From: Desulfuromonadales bacterium
Lineage (GTDB): Bacteria; Desulfobacterota; Desulfuromonadia; Desulfuromonadales; SZUA-540
Assembly: GCA_033549025.1 (NCBI GenBank)
Contig: JAWSUS010000002.1
Span: 96,001 to 160,000, forward strand
DNA length: 64,000 nucleotides
Reading direction: 5' to 3'
The stretch's first letter is position 1. The number at the start of each line of letters is the position of its first letter. The notes under the pieces were generated by a model. The model did not search any database, was not told the origin of the DNA, and was given only the letters and a program-made list of their open reading frames with translations. Shown here one piece after another: positions 10,262-20,267 of the stretch. The position numbers and the translations under genes are program-made.

Positions 10262-11296
10262 ATGAAAAAATCCACCCTGCTCACCCTGACCAGCCTTTTC
10301 ATTCTGATCGGTTTGGCTTTCCTGACCTTGCGCCCTACGGAGCCTGCCCTGCCTGTCAGCCAATTTACCGGATTGACGATGGGGACAACGTTTACGGTTA
10401 CCCTGGCCGGCGATATCCCCGCCCCCACCCTCGAGACCGTCAAGCAGGAATCTTTTGCCGTTCTGGAAGGCATCAATCAGCAGATGTCCACCTATCTGCC
10501 CACCTCCGAGGTCAGTCGTTTCAACGACGCCCAGACAACGGAATGGATGCCTGTTTCCACCGCAACGGCCGAAGTGGTCGATCTGGCTCTGCGTATCGGC
10601 GCCGAAACCGCTGGGGCTTTTGACATCACCGTCGGCCCCCTGGTCGATCTGTGGGGATTCGGCCCTACCCCCCGTCCAGATCAGGTTCCTGCCAGCGCCG
10701 ACATAGACGGGCTGCTGCAGACCATCGGCTACGACAAGATCGCATGCCGCCTGACGCCGCCACAACTGCGCAAGCTCGACCCCCGCCTGCGTATCGACCT
10801 CTCGGCCATTGCCAAAGGGTACGCCGTCGACCTCGTCGCTGCCCATCTCCTCTCTCGTGACTTGCACGATTTTATTGTCGAAGTCGGGGGGGAAGTCGTG
10901 GTGAGAGGGGCCAAGGGGCCGCAAACCGCCTGGCGCATCGGCATCGAATCACCTTTGACAGACCGCCGGCAGGTGGGGGACGTGCTCAGCCTGCGGGATA
11001 TGGCCATGGCCACTTCAGGAGACTATCGCAACTACTATGAAATTGAGGGGCGCCGCTATTCGCACACCATCGATCCGCGTACAGGATACCCCATCGATCA
11101 CACTCTGGCCTCTGTCACCATCCTCGACCCGTCCTGCGCCCGGGCTGATGCCCTCGCCACGGCCCTTATGGTACTCGGTCCTGAAGAGGCCCAGGCCTTC
11201 GCCGAGCGGGCCGATATTGCCGCCTTACTGATTATTAAAACAGCCGAAGGCTTTATCGAAAAAACCACCCAAGGGTTTCACGCGGCCGCCCAATAA
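10262..11296 (+). CDS. apbE: FAD:protein FMN transferase (ApbE family)
   Basis: TMGT, GAFDITVGPL, DLSAIAKGYAVD, ATSGDYRNY, SHTIDPRTG, ADALATAL. Confidence 0.95.
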   Translation: MKKSTLLTLTSLFILIGLAFLTLRPTEPALPVSQFTGLTMGTTFTVTLAGDIPAPTLETVKQESFAVLEGINQQMSTYLPTSEVSRFNDAQTTEWMPVSTATAEVVDLALRIGAETAGAFDITVGPLVDLWGFGPTPRPDQVPASADIDGLLQTIGYDKIACRLTPPQLRKLDPRLRIDLSAIAKGYAVDLVAAHLLSRDLHDFIVEVGGEVVVRGAKGPQTAWRIGIESPLTDRRQVGDVLSLRDMAMATSGDYRNYYEIEGRRYSHTIDPRTGYPIDHTLASVTILDPSCARADALATALMVLGPEEAQAFAERADIAALLIIKTAEGFIEKTTQGFHAAAQ

Positions 11297-11355
11297 TCTG
11301 AACAGGAACCGATATTCCGACAGCTACCCCTAGCCGATTTGCTCGACCATCAAGG

Positions 11356-11399
11356 ACAAAAAAAGCCCCGGACCGCTAAGCAGTCCGGGGCTTTTTGTC
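11356..11399. terminator. Bidirectional intrinsic terminator between apbE and sfrA
   Basis: AAAAAGCCCCGGAC-loop-GTCCGGGGCTTTTT hairpin with A and T tracts on either side, between convergent genes. Confidence 0.9.
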
Positions 11400-11415
11400 T
11401 TCTTTTAGATGAAAA

Positions 11416-13983
11416 TCAGGCTTTCCGAATCTCGACCTTGGTCAGATTCTGCCCCTGGGGCATGACCTGCTGGATATTCAGATCAGCAAAGTGATAGGTG
11501 GCAAAGAGCAGGTTTTCAGGAACCTGGTCGGTCAGACGGACCTGGCCCGTGGCCGAACCCACGGTCGAAACAACCTGAACCTTCTCCCCTTCCGTCACCT
11601 TCAGGGTGGCTGCCGTGGCGGGATTCATCTCCACCCAGCCTTGGGGTGCGATTTCGAGATTGGCCGGGCTATGGGTGGTCAACAGGTCGAAGTGGAAGAG
11701 ATTCTTGCCAACAAGGAGCTGCAGCCCCTCTCCAACTTCAGCCTGGGAGGCCGCGATGAATTGCAGGCTCTTCTCTTCGGGAGCGAAGGGCAGCTTCCGG
11801 CAGGGCTGGCACAACCCCTCACCGGCAAAGCAGAGATCGCCGTAGAGGCTGGTTAGCTCCTTGGCCTCACGCAGCAGGGCCTCGGTATCAATCTTGTCTG
11901 TGCGCCGGCCGACGCGGTTGTACAGCTCGGCCAGGATGCTCCAATCCTCACGGGCTTCGCCGACAGGGTCAATAGCCTGCCCGAGGCAGCTGATGCGCCC
12001 GTCCAGCGCGGTGACGCTCCCCGTCTTTTCGGCGAAAGAGGTGCCGGGCAGCACCACATGGGCCAGCTTGGTCAGGTCACTCTCAAAAATGTCCTGAACG
12101 ACCAGCAAATCAAGTTTTTCAAGGGCCTTGCGCCAGCGGGCACTTTCAGGATAGGAGACCAGCGGGTTGGTCGCGGCCAGATAGAGTGCGCGGATGTTGC
12201 CCTTTTCGATCTGTTCGAGCATCTGCTGGGCGTTGAAGCCCTCCTGCGGCAGCGCGGTACGCCAGGCGACATCGAACTTGCCGCGGGCGGTGCTGTAATC
12301 CTGGAAGCCGGGTAGGAACTCGGGGCAGACGCCCATATCGAGGAGCCCCTGCATATTCCCATCCTCGCACACCGGAAAGAGGCCGCCAAGGTCGCCATGC
12401 AGAGCGCCGCAGACCAGGGCCAGCGAAACGATCGCCCGGGTCTTGTCGCCAGCATTGGCGGACGTGAGAACATCCCGGCCAAAAATAACGGAAACGCTTT
12501 TGGCCGATCCAAGATGTTCAGCGGCTTCCTCCAGGAGCTGGCGGGAAACCCCGGTCTCTTGGACGGCTTTCTCGAGGTCGACCGTAGCCAGCGCCTTTTT
12601 CAGGTCGTCGAGATTCCCGACAAAACGTTTGAGGTAGTCTTCGTCTGCCAGGCCTTTGTCCAGAATAAGGCGGGCCAGGGCATAGACCAGAGCCACTTCG
12701 CTTCCCGGCTTGTAGCTGAGGAAGGTATTGGAATGACGGCGCAGTTTGACCGAACGCATATTGGCCACGACCAGGGGCGCGTCATTTTTGCGACAGGCTT
12801 TTTCAATCTGCCAATCGACGGCGGGAGCCTCGGCCGTAACATCGGCGCCAAAAACCAATACCGCCTTCGATGCCCCTATTTTACCGAGGGCATTGCTGCT
12901 ACCGGCATAACCGAGCATCTCCCGAAGCGCTTTATAGCCCTCCAGAACGCCAAAGCGGGCGGCCGAGTCGATATTGTTGGAACCGATGGCGACGCGGAAA
13001 AATTTCTGGAACAGGTAATTCTCTTCGTTGGTCAGGCGGCCGGAGGCCAGGCCGGCAATGGCGGCAGGGCCCGACTCCTGGCAAATCTGGTGGATTTTAT
13101 CGGCGACCGCACCAAGAGCCTTGTCCCAGGAGACGTGCACGCCGTAATCAGCATCTTTCAAGGTAGGACGCTGTAACCGCTGGGGCGCATGAATGAACGC
13201 ATGGCCGAAGAAGCCGCCGGCACACAGGTTGCCATTGTTGACGGTTCCTTCGTCTTCGGAAGTCAGGCGGTAGACCCGGCCGTTTTTAACATTGATGTCC
13301 ACCTGGCAGTGACTGCCGCAGGTTGTGCAGACGCTGGCCTTTCTGGTCATTTCCCAGGGGCGGGATTTGAACTTGAAGGGCTTGGAGATCATGGTGCCGG
13401 TGGGACACACGGCGACACAGTTGCCGCAGAACTCGCAGAGATCCAGATTCTTGTCGATAAAGGTCTTGTCCCCCTTGTCATTGACAAAAAGGGCTCCGGA
13501 CCCGATGGTCTCATGACAGACCTTGACGCATTTCTCGCAGAGAACACAGCGATTGGGCACCTGTTGAATCAGCGGCCAGCCGTTAATATCCTCATGGTTG
13601 ACGTCCTCGGCGGCAAAAGGTTGGGTCGTCACATCGAGATCGAAACAGATGTTCTGCAAATCGCACTCACCGGCGGCGTCGCAGACCGGGCAATCCAGGG
13701 GATGGTTGACCAGCAGCAGTTGCACGATTTCCTTGCGAATTTTTCGAAGACGGTCGGACTGGGTGGTGACATCCATCCCCTCGACGACCCGGGTGTTGCA
13801 GGCCGTCATCAGCTTGTCTACACCCTTGATCTCAACCACGCAGACCCGGCAGGCACCCGTGGGAGACACTTTTTTCAGAAAACAGAGGGTTGGAATCTTG
13901 ATGCCGACTTTTTCGGCGGCCGCCAGAATGGTGGCCCCTTTTTCTACCTGGACATCTTTTCCGTCGATCTTGAGATTGACCAT
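11416..13983 (-). CDS. sfrA: NADPH oxidoreductase alpha subunit (SfrA; NuoG/FdhA-like Fe-S protein)
   Basis: IPTLCFLKKVSPTGACRVC, NHPLDCPVCDAAGECDLQN; N-terminus matches my recollection of Geobacter SfrA; downstream of an sfrB-like gene. Confidence 0.85.
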   Translation of the reverse strand: MVNLKIDGKDVQVEKGATILAAAEKVGIKIPTLCFLKKVSPTGACRVCVVEIKGVDKLMTACNTRVVEGMDVTTQSDRLRKIRKEIVQLLLVNHPLDCPVCDAAGECDLQNICFDLDVTTQPFAAEDVNHEDINGWPLIQQVPNRCVLCEKCVKVCHETIGSGALFVNDKGDKTFIDKNLDLCEFCGNCVAVCPTGTMISKPFKFKSRPWEMTRKASVCTTCGSHCQVDINVKNGRVYRLTSEDEGTVNNGNLCAGGFFGHAFIHAPQRLQRPTLKDADYGVHVSWDKALGAVADKIHQICQESGPAAIAGLASGRLTNEENYLFQKFFRVAIGSNNIDSAARFGVLEGYKALREMLGYAGSSNALGKIGASKAVLVFGADVTAEAPAVDWQIEKACRKNDAPLVVANMRSVKLRRHSNTFLSYKPGSEVALVYALARLILDKGLADEDYLKRFVGNLDDLKKALATVDLEKAVQETGVSRQLLEEAAEHLGSAKSVSVIFGRDVLTSANAGDKTRAIVSLALVCGALHGDLGGLFPVCEDGNMQGLLDMGVCPEFLPGFQDYSTARGKFDVAWRTALPQEGFNAQQMLEQIEKGNIRALYLAATNPLVSYPESARWRKALEKLDLLVVQDIFESDLTKLAHVVLPGTSFAEKTGSVTALDGRISCLGQAIDPVGEAREDWSILAELYNRVGRRTDKIDTEALLREAKELTSLYGDLCFAGEGLCQPCRKLPFAPEEKSLQFIAASQAEVGEGLQLLVGKNLFHFDLLTTHSPANLEIAPQGWVEMNPATAATLKVTEGEKVQVVSTVGSATGQVRLTDQVPENLLFATYHFADLNIQQVMPQGQNLTKVEIRKA

Positions 13984-14070
13984 GGACTCATCACCTTTGG
14001 TTTATCTGGGCAGCCCCTTCACCGAACCCTGGCAGCGCAAAAGCCCAGGGCACGTCCTTGAGGGCAATGA

Positions 14071-16026
14071 CTAGTTGACCGCAACCATCCCGACACGATA
14101 GCAGCGCAGACAGCGTTCCGCCTCGGTAACCGCCTGGCTCTCGGGCATGGCCAATTCGATTTCTTCGTAGTTCGTGGCCCGCTCCGCGCCGTTCACCTTG
14201 GGCTGATGCTCACGATGAAGGCCACCGAGAATACCCACATTCTCCTTGTCGTTGAAGACACCGAACTGGTTGACCAGATCTTCCATGGCGTCTTCATCGT
14301 CAAGATAGGCGTTTCCTTCGGTAAGATAGCGATGCATGGCCCGCGCCGCCCGACGGCCGTGACCCACAGCGACGACCACGGTCATGGCGCCGTATTCGCA
14401 GTCCCCACCGGCAAAGACTCCTTCGCAGTCGGTCATCATGGTGCCGCCTTTGGTGACTATGCTCTTCCAGCGGGTCTGCTTGATGCCGAAATCATCTTCC
14501 CCAAGATAGCCCAGGTCGGGATCCTGACCGATGGCGGGGATGACCAGTTCGCAGGGGATGACATATTCGCTGCCGGGAACCGGCTGCGGACTGCGGCGGC
14601 CCGATTCGTCCGGCTCGCCCAGTTCCATCTTGATGACCTCGACCCCGACCACACGATTGTTCTCGGTGACCAGACGGGTCGGATTGCGCAGAAACTCAAA
14701 CTTGACGTTTTCCTCTTCGGCGTCATCGACCTCGTAGGGCTCGGCCGGCATTTCCTTGCGGGTACGCCGGTAGACCAGGATGGACTCTTCGGCCCCTTCG
14801 CGCAGCGCCACGCGGACACAGTCGATGGCCGTGTTGCCGCCGCCGACGACGACGACGCGCTTAGGCGTTTCGATGGGCTGACCGAGAGCGACGGCCCGCA
14901 GATAGTGGATGCCGCCGGGAGAAAACCCGTCGTAGCCTTTGTCTTCCCCTTCGACCCCCATGGGCTTTGACTTGAAAGCGCCGGTACCGAGAAAAACGGC
15001 ATCATACTGTTCTTTGAGCTCCCGCAAGGACACGTCACGCCCCAGCTTGACGCCGTATTCGATCTCGACACCAAGAGAAGCCACGATATCCGCCTCGCGC
15101 TGGAGGAGATGGCGGGGCATGCGGTAATCAGGAATGCCGACGGCTACGGTGCCGCCCGGCTCGGACAACATGTCGATGATCTTGACCTGGTGCCCTTCGA
15201 GGGCCAGATAGTAGGCGCAGGTCAGACCGGCGGGGCCGGCGCCGACCACCATGATCTTCTTGCCTGTGGACGGCTTGGGAACCAGGGGGGGCGTATGATG
15301 GTGCATCCACTCGTGATCGGAAGCCACGCGCTTGAGAACCATGATACTCACCGGCTCATCGACCAGCGCCCGGCGGCAGGCCTTCTCACAGGGATGGGGG
15401 CAAACCCGGCCACACACGGCCGCAATCGGCATGTTGCGCCGAATGGTGGAAAGAGCGTCCGTGTAGCGCAGCTCTTTGATCTCTTCAATGTAGGCGGGAA
15501 TATCGATATGGGCCGGACACTTGTCCATACAGGGCGCCGTCAGCTTGTCCCGGTAGGACTTGGCGGGACCAGGCGTCCGCTCGCCGTTGATATAGGCCAG
15601 ATAATCGTCCCGGAAATACTGCAGGGTATGAAAGACGGGAACGGCCGACGTCATGCACAGGGTGCATTTGCACTGTTCCAGCAACGAGGTCAGCTCCTCC
15701 ATGATCTGGAGATCCTCTTCCTTGCCCTGCCCGGCGACGATGCGCGACAGCGAATCCTGCAGCACCTTGGTCGCCCGCTTTCCAGGGGTACATTTGCCGC
15801 AGCAATGCTTTTCCTGGACGCGTTTCATATATTCGGCGGCCATGGCTACGACATCGGTATCCTTCTCCATGACAACAACGCCGTCCCAGCCCATGAATGC
15901 ACCGACCTTACCTTCACTCAGGTAGGTTTCGGGCAGCTTGAGCTTCAGGGAGACGCCTTCCGCAGCCTCGCCGCTGCGATTGTCTACAATTTTTCCTTCC
16001 CAGCTGGAAAATACAACCTGAGCCAA
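14071..16026 (-). CDS. sfrB: NADPH oxidoreductase beta subunit (SfrB; GltD-like flavoprotein), TTG start
   Basis: MAQVVFSSW N-terminus, CCGKCTPG, CGRVCPHPCE, VVGAGPAG and VVGGGNTAID dinucleotide motifs, ERCLRC; AGGAGG RBS. Confidence 0.87.
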   Translation of the reverse strand: MAQVVFSSWEGKIVDNRSGEAAEGVSLKLKLPETYLSEGKVGAFMGWDGVVVMEKDTDVVAMAAEYMKRVQEKHCCGKCTPGKRATKVLQDSLSRIVAGQGKEEDLQIMEELTSLLEQCKCTLCMTSAVPVFHTLQYFRDDYLAYINGERTPGPAKSYRDKLTAPCMDKCPAHIDIPAYIEEIKELRYTDALSTIRRNMPIAAVCGRVCPHPCEKACRRALVDEPVSIMVLKRVASDHEWMHHHTPPLVPKPSTGKKIMVVGAGPAGLTCAYYLALEGHQVKIIDMLSEPGGTVAVGIPDYRMPRHLLQREADIVASLGVEIEYGVKLGRDVSLRELKEQYDAVFLGTGAFKSKPMGVEGEDKGYDGFSPGGIHYLRAVALGQPIETPKRVVVVGGGNTAIDCVRVALREGAEESILVYRRTRKEMPAEPYEVDDAEEENVKFEFLRNPTRLVTENNRVVGVEVIKMELGEPDESGRRSPQPVPGSEYVIPCELVIPAIGQDPDLGYLGEDDFGIKQTRWKSIVTKGGTMMTDCEGVFAGGDCEYGAMTVVVAVGHGRRAARAMHRYLTEGNAYLDDEDAMEDLVNQFGVFNDKENVGILGGLHREHQPKVNGAERATNYEEIELAMPESQAVTEAERCLRCYRVGMVAVN

Positions 16027-16128
16027 ATCGACCTCCTGTTAGACCCCTCTTAGCAACAGCCAAAGGGGGACGTAAAGCCCCAAACAAAAGGGGAAAACCC
16101 CTCATCCGTCGGCGCCATCCCCCTTCTA

Positions 16129-16146
16129 TTTTGTATACAGTATGCA
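16129..16146. promoter_or_regulatory. Putative HgtR-type repressor operator upstream of sfrB
   Basis: TTTTGTATACAGTATGCA with palindromic TGTATACA core about 100 bp upstream of sfrB; resembles the Geobacter HgtR site as I recall it. Confidence 0.55.
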
Positions 16147-16286
16147 GGTAAATACCATAAGCGCGTCAACCAAATCAAGGGAAATTTTACCCGGAATTAC
16201 CGGGGTTCGCGCAATAACAGCTTGGAATGACGATTTTTTCTGAATGTCTCCCAATCTCGAAAACAGCCTTCGCCGAAGCCTTCTTC

Positions 16287-16706
16287 TTAAGGGAAGGGTG
16301 GAAAGGGGGAAGCGATGAACCAGGATTCCGCCGCATTCGGTTTGAGCCCCGCGTAGGCCCAGTCAAGTTTGAACGAAAAGGTCTTGACGGACACGGACGG
16401 CAGCAGAAAATACTCCAGCGTCATGCGGGTGGTGGCCCGCTGTCCGCTTTCATCCAGATCGATCGTCTCGACCCGCACATCCGTTATCTGCAGATCTTCC
16501 ATCTCAGCAAACTGCTCGACGAAAGCGTGTTTTTTGGCCGCTTCATCGAAATAGCGGGAGGCCCCGTTAAAATCTTTCCAGCGAAGACGCTGGGCGAAGT
16601 CAAAAGCGGCGGGGGTCAGATCATCGGACACTCTTGGTACGGCGGCGCAGGATGACAGCACAGCCACCATAAAACACACGAACACCACCTTCATCCATCC
16701 GGTCAT
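16287..16706 (-). CDS. Putative lipoprotein
   Basis: Signal peptide with lipobox LSSC; AGGAAAGG-type RBS upstream. Confidence 0.75.
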   Translation of the reverse strand: MTGWMKVVFVCFMVAVLSSCAAVPRVSDDLTPAAFDFAQRLRWKDFNGASRYFDEAAKKHAFVEQFAEMEDLQITDVRVETIDLDESGQRATTRMTLEYFLLPSVSVKTFSFKLDWAYAGLKPNAAESWFIASPFPPFP

Positions 16707-16803
16707 CTTTGCCCTTCCCTTTCCTCGACACCTTGCATCCGGGCAAAGCTCGGGTAGAGTTGATCCTTAAGGATTAAAAACATCATTGATCCTGGAGTAC
16801 CCC

Positions 16804-17082
16804 ATGAAAAAAGTGGAAATCTACACGAAAAACTACTGCCCTTACTGTCACCGGGCCAAAGAACTGCTGCGCATCAAAGGGATTCCCTTTACCGAATATG
16901 ACGTGACCACTGACGTGGAAAAAGAGCGGGAAATGCAGCAGCGCTCCGGCGCCCGCACCGTTCCCCAGATTTTTGTTTCGGGAACCGGCCTGGGAGGGTG
17001 CAGCGAACTCTTTGAGCTGGACGAAAAGGGGGAACTGGACCAGCTCCTTGGCCTTAAACCGCCCCGGAACGGATCTTCCTGA
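16804..17082 (+). CDS. grxC: Glutaredoxin 3
   Basis: CPYC active site, TVPQIF and GG motifs; GGAG RBS before ATG at 16804. Confidence 0.9.
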   Translation: MKKVEIYTKNYCPYCHRAKELLRIKGIPFTEYDVTTDVEKEREMQQRSGARTVPQIFVSGTGLGGCSELFELDEKGELDQLLGLKPPRNGSS

Positions 17083-18907
17083 GCAGTTCCACGGCCAACT
17101 CGACCCGACCAAAGGGCGGCATGAGATAATAGCCGCCCACTTTTCCCTCTCCCCAGGCGATCAGCTCGCCGGCAATGTCCATCCCCTCCCGAATACCTGC
17201 CTCTCCCGTCTTGCCCCGCATCCGCTCGCGCACTGAGTCGGGCAGAACAATGCCCGGTACTTCGTTGTGAAGGAACTCGGCGTTCCGTTCACTGACCAGA
17301 GGAAGAATACCGACCAGAACCGGGATGCCGTAAGGAGCCGTGCGCTCGACGAGACGCGCCAGGATATCGACAGAATACACGGGCTGCGTCTGCACGAAAC
17401 GGGCCCCGGCCTCGATCTTCTTTTCCAGCTTTCTCAGCTGTCCCTCCAGATTGGCCGGGTTGGGATTGAAGGCGGCGCCGACCAAAAAGTCCGTGCGGCC
17501 GCCCAAATCGGCCCCCAACAGGTTCCGTCCGGCATTCAAGGCGCCAAGAAGCTGGAGAAGACCGACGGAATTGAGATCAAAGACGCTGGTGGCGCCGGAT
17601 TCGTTGCCGACGGAGACGGGGTCGCCGGTCACGGCCAGTACGTTGCGGATACCGAGATGGTGGGCCCCCATCAGCTCTGAATGCAGCCCGATGAGGTTAC
17701 GGTCGCGCCCGGTCACGTGGACGATCGCCTCGACACCGGTCTCCTCCTGGATGAGACGCGCCAGGGCGATATTGCTCATGCGGATGCGGGCCAACGGGTT
17801 TTCCGCCAGACTGATGGCGTCGACCCCCGCCTGGGCCAGCACTCGGGCGCCGGCGAGGATTTTGTCGGTCTGCAGCCCTTTGGGGGGATCCAGTTCGACC
17901 GTGACGACGGGGCGGCGACCCCAGGGCGCGAGAAAGGTCGTCCGCCCCGGTGCCGGCGGGGATACCGCCGGGGGTGATGGCGCGGCAGCGACAACGGACA
18001 CCGGCTGGCGCACCACCGGTTTGAGACCGGCCACGGCCTGGGCCAGAGCCCGGATATGATCGGGCGTGGTGCCGCAGCAGCCGCCGAGCAAAGAAGCCCC
18101 CACGGAGACCATGTCCCGCCCCATGGCAGCGAAATAGTCGGGAGTCGCCAGATAGATATAACGGCCGTCGACATACTGGGGGAAGCCGGAATTGGCAAAG
18201 GCCGACAGGGGCAGGTTCGACACCCGTCCCATGCGCTCGAGCACCCGCAGGATTTCACGGGGCCCGGAGCCGCAATTGGCGCCGATGACGGCGGCGCCGG
18301 CCATTGTCAGGCGGCGGGCCACCTCCTCGGCGGAACCGCCTTCCCGCGTGCGCCCTTCTTCGACAAAGGCCATCTGGGCCACCACCGGCAATCCCAGGGA
18401 GCGGCCGACCCCGACCGCCAGCTCCAGGTCATCGAGGGACGAAAAGGTTTCGAGCAGAAAGAGATCGACCCCTCCTTCGGCCAGGGCTTCCATCTGCTGC
18501 CGGAAAATTTCAGCCTTTTCCACCGCCCCTAATTCGCTCTGTTCTCCCTTGGGCCGAATAAGGGGACCGACGGAACCGGCCACGAAACGATCGTCGCCGG
18601 CAGCAGTCCGGGCCAGCCGGGCGGCCGCCTCGTTGATGGCCCGCACCTTTTTCTCCAGCCCGACCGTTCCCAACCGCAGGGCGTTGGCGCCAAAGGTGTT
18701 GGTCTCCAGCAGCATGGCGCCGGCGGCGGCATAGTCCCGGTGGACCTGCTCGATCAGGGCCGGGCTGATCAGGTTGAGGTATTCGAAATTGGCATCCAGC
18801 GGCACCCCGCGGGCGTACAACAGGGTGCCCATGGCGCCATCACCGACGATGACCTCGCTGGCAAGACGCTCGAGGAACAACTGGCTGCGTTGGGACAAAT
18901 GACTCAT
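17054..18907 (-). CDS. Bifunctional homocysteine S-methyltransferase / methylenetetrahydrofolate reductase (YitJ-like)
   Basis: DGAMGT, ETNTFGAN, GANC and GGCCGTTPDHI, then MTHFR domain (VELDPP, RDRNLIGL, TGDP, QTQPVY); start placed at ATG 18907. Confidence 0.92.
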   Translation of the reverse strand: MSHLSQRSQLFLERLASEVIVGDGAMGTLLYARGVPLDANFEYLNLISPALIEQVHRDYAAAGAMLLETNTFGANALRLGTVGLEKKVRAINEAAARLARTAAGDDRFVAGSVGPLIRPKGEQSELGAVEKAEIFRQQMEALAEGGVDLFLLETFSSLDDLELAVGVGRSLGLPVVAQMAFVEEGRTREGGSAEEVARRLTMAGAAVIGANCGSGPREILRVLERMGRVSNLPLSAFANSGFPQYVDGRYIYLATPDYFAAMGRDMVSVGASLLGGCCGTTPDHIRALAQAVAGLKPVVRQPVSVVAAAPSPPAVSPPAPGRTTFLAPWGRRPVVTVELDPPKGLQTDKILAGARVLAQAGVDAISLAENPLARIRMSNIALARLIQEETGVEAIVHVTGRDRNLIGLHSELMGAHHLGIRNVLAVTGDPVSVGNESGATSVFDLNSVGLLQLLGALNAGRNLLGADLGGRTDFLVGAAFNPNPANLEGQLRKLEKKIEAGARFVQTQPVYSVDILARLVERTAPYGIPVLVGILPLVSERNAEFLHNEVPGIVLPDSVRERMRGKTGEAGIREGMDIAGELIAWGEGKVGGYYLMPPFGRVELAVELLRKIRSGAV

Positions 18908-18956
18908 AGATGTGCTTCCGAAAAAATAACCCGCGGTCCTTGAAATGCCTGCGTGA

Positions 18957-20192
18957 TCAGGCCCGCTCCCTGACGATGGCCGTATAGAAGAGATGGCCTT
19001 CCGATTCGGCGACCGAGAGGGAAACCTCCAGATAGAACAGGCTGCCGTCCCTCTTGCGCCCCGGCACCTGATGCAGGCTGCGCACCAGCGCGCCAGCCTC
19101 ATCCTTGAGATAGGCGGCGATGCCGACCCCGTGCAGCGAAGTGCATTCCTCGTGGATGAGTTTTTCCACGCTGACGCCGATAATCTCACGCTTACTGTAG
19201 CCGAACATCTTTTCCGCCCGGCGGTTGAACAGAATGATCTGGCCGTTGCTCAAAAACGACACGATGCCGTCGCGGGCGGTCTCTGTCAACACCCTGAAGC
19301 GCTTTTCCGATTCTTCCAGGTGCTCGGTCTTTTCCCGCAGATGATCGTTGAGCTCGTTGAAGCTGTCGACCAGCAGGCCGATCTCGTCCAGCCCTCTCCT
19401 CGATATCCTCTGGTCGAAACGTCCCGTGCGGATAATCTCCCGGATTACCTCGCCCAGTCGCGCCAGGGGCCGCGTCACGGCGATGCGCACCAGGGCCCCG
19501 AGGAAGATCAGCAGAGCGAGAAAGATGCCGCCGGAATAGAGGACGTCGGTCCCCATGTTGGCGTAAATCTGGCGATAGAGACGATCGAGGGGAATGCTGA
19601 CGGAGGCGGCGCCGATCACGTCGCCCAGTTCATAGTGGTAGGCCTTGTCCGTGTCGGCCGGGAACATCTCCCGGATGAAATCAGGGGCCTGGGCGGGATC
19701 GCCGTGGCACTCCAGACAGCTGGTATCGGCCTTGAAGGAATGCAGGTAGCGGAAGACCTTTTTGCCGTCCATATCGACGATATCGTAATGCTCCTGCAGG
19801 TTCTGCCGCTGGCGGAAGAGTTCGAGGACGCTGATTTCGAAATCGTCGGGAGCGTTATTGGCATTGCGATAGCGATCGGAGACCTGGCGGATAGTGTAGC
19901 CGAGATCGCGGCTTACCAGCTCCCCTACCCGGGTCGAGGCCACCACGGGGACCAGCCCATAGCGCTGCCGGGACAGCTCGACCCCGCCCTCCAGCAGCTG
20001 GCCGGAGAGGTATTCGCGGGTCCGGATCGCCTCAAAGGCCACGATCCGGGCTTTTTCCACCGCTTCGCCCATAATGAAGGCCCGCTGCTGGCGGAAGTTC
20101 AAAAAGGTAAAGAGGCTGAAGAAGCCAAGCAAGATCAGCAGAATGATGATGCTGATCTTGGTGAACAGACCCAGATTTCTGAACTGAAGCAT
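18957..20192 (-). CDS. Membrane sensor: periplasmic heme-c (DUF3365-like) domain + HAMP + PAS, no output domain
   Basis: TM1, YRNANNAPDDFE...CLECHG...GDVIGAASV, TM2, HAMP (RPLARL...DEIGLLVDSFN), PAS (FNRRAEKMFGY...GRKRDGSLF) ending at the stop. Confidence 0.8.
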   Translation of the reverse strand: MLQFRNLGLFTKISIIILLILLGFFSLFTFLNFRQQRAFIMGEAVEKARIVAFEAIRTREYLSGQLLEGGVELSRQRYGLVPVVASTRVGELVSRDLGYTIRQVSDRYRNANNAPDDFEISVLELFRQRQNLQEHYDIVDMDGKKVFRYLHSFKADTSCLECHGDPAQAPDFIREMFPADTDKAYHYELGDVIGAASVSIPLDRLYRQIYANMGTDVLYSGGIFLALLIFLGALVRIAVTRPLARLGEVIREIIRTGRFDQRISRRGLDEIGLLVDSFNELNDHLREKTEHLEESEKRFRVLTETARDGIVSFLSNGQIILFNRRAEKMFGYSKREIIGVSVEKLIHEECTSLHGVGIAAYLKDEAGALVRSLHQVPGRKRDGSLFYLEVSLSVAESEGHLFYTAIVRERA

Positions 20193-20267
20193 GGCGAAAT
20201 CCCCCGGAATTCAATTTCATTTCATTCTAGCGGTTTGGCCAGCCCTTGCAAGGCGCCCGCCCGGAGA

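Noticed and set aside
16055..16105. GGGACGTAAAGCC resembling part of a c-di-GMP-I riboswitch
   Set aside because: Wrong strand for sfrB and lacks the upstream GGCAAAC-GAAA stem
18908..19189. N-terminal extension of the methyltransferase/MTHFR ORF
   Set aside because: Overlaps the sensor gene; recognisable sequence begins at ATG 18907
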